This document shows positions 41,353 to 54,200 of a stretch of 64,000 bases of DNA, piece after piece. The position numbers and the translations under genes are program-made. Under the pieces are notes generated by a model. That model ran no database searches. It saw only the letters and a program-made list of their open reading frames with translations, and was not told where the DNA came from. The DNA is from Octopus vulgaris (taxonomy: Eukaryota): contig OX597823.1 in NCBI GenBank assembly GCA_951406725.2, forward strand, positions 53,878,001-53,942,000. The letters run 5' to 3'. The number at the start of each line of letters is the position of its first letter. Position 1 is the first letter of the stretch.

Positions 41353-42407
41353 CAGGTTTCTTCAAGTTTCCATCAACCAAATCCACTCACAAGGCTCTGG
41401 TCAGCTCAGGGCTATAGTGAAAAACACTTGCCCACGGTATCACACAGTGGGACTGAACCTGAGACATGGTTGGGAAGCAAGCTCTCTAGATTTGGTGCAA
41501 TGATAAAATGTAGCCAGCACACTTAAAGGGATGGCATTAAGTAGAGTACCCGACCAGAGAAACCATACCAAAAACATCATCCTTATCATTGCTTAGCACC
41601 CATTTTCCAAGCTGATATGGGTTGGCTGATTCAACAGGAGTCAACAGGCCAAAGGATGCTCAAATATCTTCTTTGGTATAGCTTTTATGACAGGATGTCT
41701 CTCCTTAATGCTAACCACTTCACAGAGTGTACTGTGTACTTTTCACTTGGTATTGGCATTAGTGAGGTCCCCAAGTATCATCATCATCATTTGGTCAGGT
41801 GACTTGCTTGGGCCATTCCAACTCTTCCACACCAGATGTCATGATCAAGCAATGCAGCATTTTCATCTGGTTTGGGTTTTAGTTACATCGGTCTTTTCCG
41901 AGCTGAGCTATTTCATCTACACATGCCATGACTACAAATGATAGCAGTAGTTCACTATCTGAACTGGTTGATCCTGGATGTTGATAGTTTGTTGGCTATT
42001 CATCTGCTCAGCATTCACTGATATTCACCATTAATTCAATAAGATTCATTTGCTGAAATAGTCCACATTGACCATGCAGCATCCCTGGATTGGGTGGTTA
42101 CATGCTCGTTAACCTATAGCAGGACCCTGACAGGTGCAACTACTCAGAATAGACATGGAAACAACAGTGACTAAGAGGTGGTTCCTTGGAACTCTGCACA
42201 AGGACACAATGCACCATCAGAAATTGAACACATGATCCTACAATACAGCTGTTTTAACCCCAGGAGGACGCCTGCTCCAGCTCTTTATTCAGTGCAGGGA
42301 GAGAACTCTCGACTATTTTAGTCCTGAGACCACCTACTATATAGTTTTGACCTCTTTATGGTCATCCTTGGTGACCACTGGACATAGCAGTAATTCACTC
42401 CAGCTAG

Positions 42408-42466
<59 letters not shown>

Positions 42467-45400
42467 AAATGAGTGACAGTTACAGATTTTGCAACAAACA
42501 AACTAGCTAGTTAAGAAAATCCCTATTAGAGATGAAGGTAGTATTTATTCTGATAAGTAGTGTTTAACACCACCTAAACACAGGTGTTCCCTAAGAACTG
42601 ACAATACTGTTGTCTTAACCTCAGGAGTATGCCTCCTTCAGCTGGCTATTCAGTGTACTCTGCACACAATGTACAATGTATATTGATTTCAAATTTTGGC
42701 ACAAGGCCAGCAATTTCGGAGGAGGGGATAAGTCGATTAAATCAACCCCAGTGCTCAACTGGTACTTATTTTATTGATTCCTAAAGGATGAAAGGCAAAG
42801 TTGACCTTGGCAGAATTTGAACATAGAACATAAGGGATGACAAAATGTTTAACAGGTGTTACGACAGGCTTCTTTTGGGTCTTGCAAAATTACAGAGGTT
42901 TTGTGATTAGAAAGAATGAAAACTCAAGAACTCATCTTCTACTCTGAATTACAAACAAAATAATTAGCATCACATACCCTTCCTTATCCTGTAGTTGTGT
43001 GTTAATATCCCTTTCTTCTCTTAACAAGTTCTCCCGTCTTTGGTCTGATTCTAACACACTCTGTAATGCTAACGTTTCATCACCCACAACTTCTTGTTCA
43101 ACATGTAAAATTGTGATGTGAGATGGGATCTTCAGTTGACCGCTGAGAAAATAAAAAGGATGAAATAAAAACCATAGCACCATCAATGAAGAACAAAGCA
43201 GTTGTAGTAAATTATTTACATATCATGACTCCAATCTTCTAAAACAAATTCTAAAAAAGAAATTTACACAAACCCATATTAACATATTGTAATGAATATT
43301 GTGTCATTAGATTTAGTACATCAACCCTTTAGCATTTAAACTGACAATAACTGGCCAAATATTCTAACAGCTTTTAAGTTCAAACTGGACAAATTTGGCC
43401 TCTCATACCTATCCTATAATGTCATCCTAAAAATAAACAATCACATCATTGAAATTTCAAAGCTGTAAGATAATGCATGATTAATTCAAAACAATATGAA
43501 TTAATAAGCATTACATTTGACAGAGTAATCTGAATGCTGAAAGGATAAGTGCTTTATACTAAGAATAAATATCCAGAGACAAGTTCTTTTATTAATTAGC
43601 TTAAAAGTGTTCGTTTATTTTCACAATGTACAGTAATTTACAAACACCAAAGCTGAAGTCAAACTTTACAGAAAAACTTAACACAGCAGCTAGACTTGCT
43701 AGAAACAGCTCTAGTCATACATTACAATCTCAGAAAAAAAGTGAGGAGAGGGTACACTGGAAAATATAGTCTTAAATACATTATGTCTAAAGCAAACATT
43801 GGAACACTTTTTTTAACCGCTTACTGGGGGAAGAATAATGCTCATGACCATTTATTTTTCAGGGCCTTTAAAACTAACAGAGAGAGGAAATTATACTCAA
43901 ACAAGAGACCTGATCTAAATGCTTATAATGGAGTGAACACTATTGAGAGTGCCCAAGGACCAAATTTATAAAAGATTACATCTACCACCCAAGAACTCTG
44001 AAAGTAAAGAATCAGAATAAACACCATAAGGTATTTCATCTAAAGCTCTAAAAATTCTGCAAATCCACAGCTCTGTACTGGATGAAAAACAAATCTGTAT
44101 AAGATATTTGAAATAAGAGCACAGGGATCTGGAAAAAATACTGCTATGTATTTTGCCCTATGCTTTAATCACAGATTTACTCTGTACTTATAACAATGCA
44201 AATGAACACATTTGGAAGCTTTTGCATATTTTGTTTAAATATCTTTTAAAATAAAGACTACATTCCAGATATATTCATACAAAACAGAAATTATATGAAT
44301 GAGGAAAAGTGTAAAACTGTCAGATTTTAACTTACCTAGATATCATTTGTAACACAGTTGTCTTGCCCAATCCATTACGCCCAACAAAACCATATCGACG
44401 ACCGTATATTAAATGAATGGAAGCATCAACCAAGAGGCTCCTGCAAAATATAAGCATAAAAATATATCATTCAGAAATAAAACAAGTCTTTCATTGGGTA
44501 AAATAATAATATTGTGAGGGATATCATTTAGACTTTATGTATGAACAAAACAGCTTTAATCTTTTGGAACAAATATCTACCATATTTGCTAGTGTTTAAG
44601 ATGCACTTACACATAAGACAAAACCTCCTATATTTTTGTGGACAAAACAAATTTGATATATTTCATCACGCACTTGGTATCCCATCCACAATATGATCAT
44701 ATTAGATACATGGCAGTTTATTTGATAATTTTAAGAATAAAACAAGTGTGTCATATGCATTGGTATATATGATATTCAGCTAAGTGCTATGGAAATTGTT
44801 ATTAAACAATACTAATGGAGTTAAGAAAGTCATAAAGTTTTCGTTAACAGATAGTGAAACAAGATTTTATGTAAGATATAGTCAAGAAAATGAGTATTGT
44901 ATTAAGTCGATTTGGTCATATTTTTCAACACTATTTTCGTTCAAACAAGTTATAAAAATATAAAATACAAACATTTAATCTATGATTATTGTACATAATG
45001 TGAAAAATACATATGTACTCTACTGTACTATAAACAAAAATAAAATCTAAAATCAATGTAAAAATTAATACAAATGAAATTACACATATATACAATAAAA
45101 AAATTGTTCTTGTGAAAAAAGTGCAATTGAAAATAGATTTTCATCTTCACAGTCATGTTCTTAGGTTGAGGCAGATGGTTTTTCAAGGAACATGGTGAGC
45201 TTTGTTTGAATAGTTTTCTTTTTCCATCATACATCTTACAATAACAATGCACAGCGTTCGACTTTTTGCGGTCGTAAGTGCAGATGGTCTAAGTCAAGGA
45301 AAAGGTGTATATAACAATACAGGATAAAAGCTGCACTTCTTATTCTAAATATTTGACTCCACTTTTTCACTATGTTTTGAAATAATATTCGTGTCAAATG

Positions 45401-46046
45401 GACATCAATATATTTGTTCTCAACCTTTTGGCCTGAATTGCTTGCACAAGCATATAAGATATTCATATTTATAATAGCAAAGATTCTGATATTTTGAGTA
45501 AATTATAAACATCTTTTCTTTGCTTTAACTTCACTACATTCAATCAATTATGAACTGGGGAAAACTACACTGTAAATAAAAATAAAGTAAAATACTAACT
45601 TTTCTCCATAAGACACATCAAAATTTTCAATTCGAATATCATACGATTTGTTGCTACCTGCTGCATCCATCTTTGTATCTCGTCTATTTAACTGTTGAGA
45701 TGCTGATGCTAATTCACAATTGCTAAAAAAGAAATTTCAAAGAAAAATAAGAAAAATACATTACTTTTCATCAAATACTAAAGTGACTGCTTTGGAACAT
45801 TTATTTTGTAGTTTTCAGTTTCTTAAAATGAATAAAATCGAATATGATAATCAAGAACATTAAATATATTTCGTAAAAAAAAGCACTTAGGAATGGGCAT
45901 GGCTCTGTGGTAAGAAGTTTGCTTCCAAACTGCAGGGTTTCAAGTCCAGTACCTTGGCACAGTACTCAGGTTAAGTGTCTTCTACTATAGCTTCAGGCTG
46001 ACCAAAGCCTTGTGAGTGAATTTGGTAGATGAAAACTTAAAGAAGC

Positions 46047-46090
<44 letters not shown>

Positions 46091-47350
46091 CACACACACA
46101 CATGTGTTACTGTCTCCTTGCTCTGATACCTAATGGTAGTAAGCAAGCATAGAAAAGTGGATGATAAAGCGATGAAGATGATAATGATGAAATAATATCA
46201 CTCAATAATATTCAATCAGATCCTCCTATATTTTGAGTTTAAATTTCACCAAGGTCTTTAAACATTCCAGTATTTAAACTGGCCATATCTGGCCCATATA
46301 TTCTCCATGATTTAAATTCAAACCAACCAGATCTGGCTTCTCAAACTTAGTCGTCAATGTCATTCTAAAAATAAGCAACTATATATGTGCCAGTTGTGAA
46401 ACATACCTTAAATCTCTCAACTGGCACACCCACTAAATACTACTCCTCCACATCCCAGGTGAGGGATTTTTGTCTTACAAGGCATTCAGTGACCCTGACA
46501 GTGCTGGTGCCACATAAAAAAATCAACTGGTGCTGGTACCACATAAAAAGCACTGCTGATGGTACCACATGAAAAGCACTAGTGATGGTTTCATGTAAAA
46601 AGCATCAGTGCAGGTGTCATGTAAAAAGTACCCATGCTGATGCCACATAAGAGGCACCAACAACCTTACTGGTTAATCATGACACCAGAGTCATTCTGAC
46701 ACTAATTTTCTATATATCACTGGTGGAGAGGTAAGTGATCAAGTGTCTATCACCAACAAGACCAAAGAAGGTTGAAATCATGTGATCTGGTGGTCTCAGC
46801 ACTGAAGTTGGTGGAGATTTATTTTCCGGCTAGCAATATAAAACAAGCACATATTTTGCACCAAAAGCTTGTATGAGAGTTTCTTTCATGGTATCTACTG
46901 CAGTAAAGTTTGTTCTAACTGTAAATTGGTTGGTGTTAGGAAAAAAAGTGCCATAAAATTTCTGTTTTTTTTTCTCAACAGAAATTGTGGCAGAAAATAA
47001 ATCAAAAAGAGAAAACTGTGAAACATTCGTTTGATAATTATACATATATCATCGCTATCATTTTTATGTCCACTTTTTCTATGCAAACATGAGTTGAGCA
47101 AAACTTCTTGAGGCAGTACTCTTTGGCCAGATACCTTGACCTTGAGGCCAATTCACATGTGTTCAAGGAAGTGCTTTTATTCCACTGGCCTTCACATGTA
47201 AAATTGCTGAGCTGCAGAGAATATACAAACGTCACCACTGCCCAAGTGATATCAACGCAAAGTGAAGACAATCTCTCTCACATACACACACACAAATGCA
47301 TAACCATATATAATCATATAAATATGTGTGTGTGTATGTATGTATGTATG

Positions 47351-47394
<44 letters not shown>

Positions 47395-48233
47395 TACATA
47401 AGCATACATATATTAGTGTATATATGTTTATATATATGTATTTGCTTGTAAACGAAAGTTATGACAGCACGTAATGTTGCATTAAATAATAAGTTGATAA
47501 CGTATTGTCAATGCACAAACAAACGAGAAACAGACACATAAGGCTGCCAGTTCCTCATCAGTTATCAGCCAGAGGATCAAACACAATTTTGTGCCTCAAC
47601 GATAAAGCACAAAAATGTGTTTGACTATCTAGCTGATAACTGATGAAGAGTTGGCAGCTTTCTGTGTCTGTTTCCTCATTTGTTTGTGCATTTATTATGT
47701 TTTTACCTTTATTATATATATATATTGTTGGCATCCTTTTTGTCTCGGGTGACAATGGAGTTGCGCATAAAATAATCTAGTCTGGCTTTTACATTTCATG
47801 TCCTAATACATCTCCTGTTGTGGCTATGTAGTCCTATCCTGGACAAACACTCCCTCTGGCAGGTGCCGCAAATGTAGCAAAGATTTTGCCTGGCTGGTTG
47901 TAATGTCATAGTTTCTTGTTGACGGCTTTTCTGGTCTTTCCATTTCTCCTCTCTCCCTCCGTCATTCCTTTGTGTTCCCTCTTTGGCGGTATGTCTCCAA
48001 TCTCCACGGTTGCTAATATTGATGTCGCAGGCCTTTATGTCCCTTTTCCAAAGGCTTGTCAACTGTTTTGAGCAAGCATGTAGCAGCTTTGGCTTAGTTA
48101 TCAGCCTCAAGAAGACCAACATCATAGGTCAGGCTACATCGGACATCCCAAACATACATATTGGAGACCACAGACTACAAGAGGTGGAGAAGTTTACCTA
48201 TCTTGGCTCTACCATCACCTACAACCTATCGCT

Positions 48234-48269
<36 letters not shown>

Positions 48270-51200
48270 TCGTTTAACGTCCGTTCTCCATGCTAGCATG
48301 GGTTGGACGGTTCGACCGGGGTTCTGGGAAGCCAGAAGGCTGCACCAGGCTCCAGTCTAGTCTGGCAATGTTTCTACAGCTGGATGCCCTTCCTAACGCC
48401 AACCACTCCGTGAGTGTAGTGGGTGCTTTTTACGTGCCACCTGCACAGGTGCCAGGCGGGGCTGGCAACGGCCACGGTCAGATTGGTGTATTTTATGTGC
48501 CACCGGCACGGAAGCCAGTCGAGGCGGTGCTGGCATCGGCCACGAGTCGGATAGTGCTTTTTACATACCACCAGACCAGGGATCCTGGCTGGTTCAATTC
48601 GATTTCGATTTCGCTTGCCCCAACATGTCTTCACAAGCAAAGGGGGTTGGCAAGGGTGCCTGTCGTACGGTCGCATTGGAGTATTTTACGTGCCACGGCC
48701 ACGAGTCGGATAGTGCATATATACATGTATAATTTCATAATACTGGTCAATCTCAAGATATAGTAAAAAAAAAAACATTTGTTCTTGCTGTGAGAGCAAA
48801 CCCAAAACCCACAAGGTTGCAAAATGGATTCCTTAACAATACAGCCATTACTTGCACCATACGTAGTTTCTAAGGTTTCTTCTCCAGAGTTTTGATCTTT
48901 CCATACTTCAACTGTCTTCAGTTTCCCTAACCCTACATATTATAATTGATGGCATATAAGATGCACATTTTACAAAAACAAAAATCACCCAAAGTCCTAT
49001 ATGCAAATATGGGTCTCCCATAACTAGTAGAGTACTAGAAACTGCTAAAATTGGAGTGCCTCTTTTATGCCATTAAATAAACATATTCTTATGCTGATTA
49101 ATTAAAAGACAACCAGACAACCAACTTAACAAAACAATAAGCATTGAAAAACAAAAAAAATATTTCATTACTTCATCTCAAAAGTTGAGATATTCAAGAT
49201 TTCTTACCCATTCGTTACTTTTTTAACAGTTGTTGTTTGAGATGCTCTTTTTTCATTTTTCTTCTGAAGTTTTGCTTCAGCCTTTTCTAACTTTTTCTGG
49301 TCAACTTGCTGCAATGAAATAAGAATATTAATTTTAAAATAGAAATAGATATACAGCCCTAATCATTTTGGCAATAACAATAATAATAATAATAGTTGTT
49401 GTCATCATCGTCGTTTTTAGTAACCACTTTTCCATACTTGTATGGTTCGGAGAAAGTTTACTGAGGCAGATTTTCTACAGCTGGATGTCCTTCCTATCAC
49501 CAAACCTCACCCCACTCTGTGTTCAAGCAAGGTAACTTTCTCCATAACCATACATGTTCCCACAGAATATTGAAAATTAATGATACTGCTTGTACGAGAG
49601 TGACACTGATTTACAACTATCATGCAATGTCAAGACAAGGAAACACAAACATACAGACACACAAATCACACAGGCTTCTTTCAGTTTCTGTCTGCCAAAT
49701 CCACTCACAAGGATTTGGCCAGCCCAAGGTTATAGTATTAAACACTTGCCAAAGGTGTCATGTGGTGGGATTGAACATGGAACCATATGTGATTGGTACA
49801 CAAATTTCCTAACCACATGGCTACACCTGCACTTATAACAGCTGTACCAAACTAACTAACCCACGAACATCAATCAAAACTTAGACCTTAATAAAAAATA
49901 TGGACAATAGGTGTGGCTATGTTGTAAGAAGCTTGCTTTCCAACCACATGGTGCAGGAGTGGCTGTGTGGTAAGTAGCTTGTTTACCAACCACATGGTTC
50001 CGGGTTCAGTCCCACTGCGTGGCACCTTGGGCAAGTGTCTTCTACTATAGCCTCGGGCCGACCAAAGCCTTGTGAGTGGATTTGGTAGACGGAAACTGAA
50101 AGAAGCCTGTCGTATATATGTATATATATATATATATATATGCATATGTGTGTTTGTGTGTCTGTGTTTGTCCCCCTAGCATTGCTTGACAACCGATGCT
50201 GGTGTGTTTATGTCTCCGTTACTTAGCGGTTCGGCAAAAGAGACCGATAGAATAAGTACTGGGGTCGAGTTGCTCGATTAAAGGAGGTGCTCCAGCATGG
50301 CCGCAGTCAAATGACTGAAACAAGTAAAAGAGTAAAGAGTATGGTTCTAGGTTTAGTCCCACTACATGGCACCTTGGGCAAGAGTTTTCTACTATAGCCC
50401 CATACCAACCAAAGCCTTTTGAGTGAATTTGGTAGACAGAAACAGAAAGAAGCCTGCATGCATCTATCTATCTATGTGTGTTTGTCTTTGTGCTTGTGTT
50501 TGTCCCTCGATCATTGCTTGACAACCGGTGGTGGTGTAATTAGGTCCCTGTAGCCTAGCAGTTCAGCGAAAGTACAAACAACAGAATAAGTACTAGGCTT
50601 AAAAAAGAAGTCCCAGAGTCAATTTGTTCAACTAAAAACCCTTCAAGGTAGTGCTCTAGCATGGCTGCAGTCAGATGACTGAAACAAGTAATAGAATATA
50701 TGTATTTGAGAGTTGGGGTGGAGATAATGACAAGCCAATGAATGAGGGAGCCATAACAGCAGCAAAATCTCTTTCAAATCATGTCTGCTGTCTTAAAAAA
50801 AAAAAACTTGAAAATAAAAATAGATGGTAATGAAAGGTAACACCTTTGATTGTAGGTTTGCTCAATCGATACCAACTCATGGACAATAATGTGAAATAGT
50901 AGAATGCAAGGTAACTAGTGAAGGTATACATTAACAAAGATTAAGTACAAAAAGCTCACAAAATGCAAAAAATTTGACATAAGAGGAGACATCTACATTT
51001 TCAGGCAGGACCCTTTGACAACATGAGAAACTGTGTTTATTATTGGTATTAAAACAAATTTTCAAAGTTTTGCAAAGAAAATGCAAAAATATTATCTTTT
51101 AACAATTTTTTAATAATTCTCTTTTGGAAGAGTGGCTCTTGAAGCAAATGCATGTAAATATTGGGTTGAAAATCTCTTTTGGATGGAAAATGTCAAAGGC

Positions 51201-54200
51201 TGCCCTGTGTAAGTTCACATCACACAGGCAGCTCCTGATGGTTTCTATTCAAAAGGATTTTCACCTCAATACTTACATGCTGTTATTTATAGTTTTATGT
51301 GCTTCAAGATCCACTGTTCCAAAAAAAGAATTATTTCATGTTCTCTCAAAAGTTTATAAATTCTTATGATGTCAATTTTTTTTAATAATTTTTATTGCTT
51401 AATCAGAAGGAAAGGGGCAGTGCTCACGTCCCTTTTCAGGACTGCACACAGAGAGAGTGTGTGTGTGTGTGTGTGTCACACATACACACACATATATATG
51501 ACAGGCTCCTTTTAGTTTCCAGTCAAATCCACTTACAAGACTTTGGTTGACCTGGGGCTATAGTAGAAGACTTGGTCAGTGGAACTGAACCACAAATCAC
51601 ATGGTTAGGAAGCAAGCTTCTTAACCACAAAGCTATACCTTATGGCCAGAGTAAATACAGCAAGGTATTTCATCAAATGCCCAAACAATTCTGCCAGTCC
51701 TACTGTCCTAGACTGGTACTGTATTTAACGATCCCGGAAGGATGAAATACAAACTGGCCTCAGCAGAATTTGAACTCGGAATGCAAGAAGACAAAATATA
51801 CACCAAAAAGCATTTCATTTAACATTCTAATGACTCTGTCAATTCACTACTTTAAATATCTTCAAATGTAACTGTGGGGTAAAGAAGCTTGCTGCCCAAC
51901 CACATGGTTCCAGGTTCAGTCAAACTCCATGACACTTTGGTAAAGTATCTTCTACTATAGCCTTGGGCCAATCAGAACCTCGTAAGTGGATTTGGTAGAC
52001 AGAAACTGAAAGAAGCTCTTCTTATATATATATATATATACACACACGTGTGTGTGTGTGTCTGTCTGTCTTAGTCCCCCCCCCCCAATCACTGCTTGAT
52101 AACTAGTGCTGGTGTGTTTACGTCCCCGTAACTTAGCAGACCATTAGAATAAGTACTAGACTAGAAAAATAAGTCCTGGGGTCAAATTGTTCCACTAAAA
52201 ACCCTTCAAGGTGGTGTTCCAGCAGGGCAACAGTCAAATGACTGAAACAAGTTAAAAATAATAAAAGAATATATCAAAATTATTATCTTTTGTTTTGATT
52301 GTTGCTGAATCTGGTAACAAAGCACCAATTATTTCCTAAACATTTGAGCCTTTGCCAAGAGTCTAGTCCTGAAATATTAAACTTTTTCTCTTCTTCATGA
52401 TGAACTACTGTATTTTCCAGCACACAAGTCAACGTTGTATGTAGTGTAAACATTCAAGCATCGTCACTATCTTTCCAAATCCTGCTGCATTTCACATGGA
52501 ATCTTTGGTCCTCCAAAATTGTCTTGATGTATAAGTTGAACCACCTTTTTTGTTGGCTGTAAATTTTGGTCTGAAAAATTTGACCTGTATGCTGAAAAAT
52601 GCAGCTAATTTATTTCGCTTTGCAAAACTTTTTAACGAATGGATAATATACATTGGAAAATAAGTTAGAGAAGTGTTCTGTTGTCATATACTTACAGAAA
52701 CGTTCTCCTTTTTTGTTAACCAGATACTTTGAGGTTCTACAGTTTGAGCACGTGTATTGAGACTCAAAGACCCAATCTGAATAGGAGAATTTAAAACTTT
52801 ATGTTCCATGGTATCTGATGATTGTGAACTGTGAAAATAATAAAGCATTCATGTAGTTTTAAATGAAATCTTAAAAATTAGAGGCTTAAAAACAAATATG
52901 TTGATTTAGCAGAAATGTATTAAAATAAAAGTCAAGACATACAAAAACTGTGATACTATAACACACATGGCCTCTACAATTGCACAAGCTAAGAGGCATA
53001 GCCAAATGTCTCTCAACTTATATGCTGCTACCTTCGAAAAAAGAAGGATACACATTGGATAACATACTCCTAGATAAATTATGTCAGGAAAAAAGACAAG
53101 ATAGTCAGTGCTATAATGACTACAATCTACTCAATCAGAACTAACTAGAGGCTAAACAATAATATTAGTAAGAATATTCAAAAATAACTGACAATATGTA
53201 GTGAAATGATCAATTAATGTTGTATTCTAAGAAAACTAATTCATATCTGAATCATATAAAGAAAGATTCTAACAAGAGTCATTGGGAATTAATCCATATA
53301 CGTAACTGGGTTGATCTACTAACACATCATAAGCAGAAAGTGTAACCTCTCGAAAGAGCTGTTCTTCACTCCTGCTCCAAAGCGTCGGCTGCGGGGTCAC
53401 TCCGAAAAGCTCTATCTGCGACGATTTCATCTCAATCAAAGGAGAGGGGCTTTCTCCGTCCGGGTTGCGGATCCGTGGAATAAGCTGCCAGACGAGATAG
53501 TGAAGATGCCAACGACCACTCGGTTCAAAGTCTCTCTTGACCAGAAATGGCCTGAACTCTTTGCATGAACACCCTCCCTGTACATAACTCCACGTCCCCC
53601 TACATGGCCTTGCTTTTTGCTTTTTGAGCCAAAAATTTAACTCAACATCAAATTTTCGGCTATAAACAAAAATCAGCTGATCTCTTCAAGTTATTTGGTG
53701 TCCCCACTGGTGCCATGTAAAAAAGACTTGTGCTGGTTCCACATAAGCACCCAGTATACTCTGTTAAGTGGTTGGCATTAGGAAGGGCATCCAGCCGTAG
53801 AAACCATGCCAAAGTAGACAATGGAGTCTAATGCAGCTCTTCAGCATGCCAGCTCCTATCAAACCATCCATCCATGCCAGCATAGAGAACAGATGTTAAA
53901 TGATGATGATATATAGACATAACATTTCATCATGTTGAACTGTTAATCCCTACATATTCTTTTCTCTCCCCGTTTTTTTTCATTCTCTCTCTATTTTTTC
54001 CTCTCAATCCTTTCTGTCAAAGAGCATAGGCTCGAAACATCAAAGACTTTTCCATTCTTCCCGCAGGTCAAACTAATGCACCTGCTTGTTGTTCCTTCAC
54101 CTGGCTTCATCTTTTCATCATCATCAATGTTTAGCGTCCGTTTTCCATGCTAGCATGGGTTGGACGGTTCTACTGGGGTCTGTGAAGCCAGAAGGCTTCA

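Noticed and set aside
51220-51242. Loose resemblance of a hairpin arm to miR-2 family mature sequence
   Set aside because: Seed does not match and the hairpin belongs to a repeat family.
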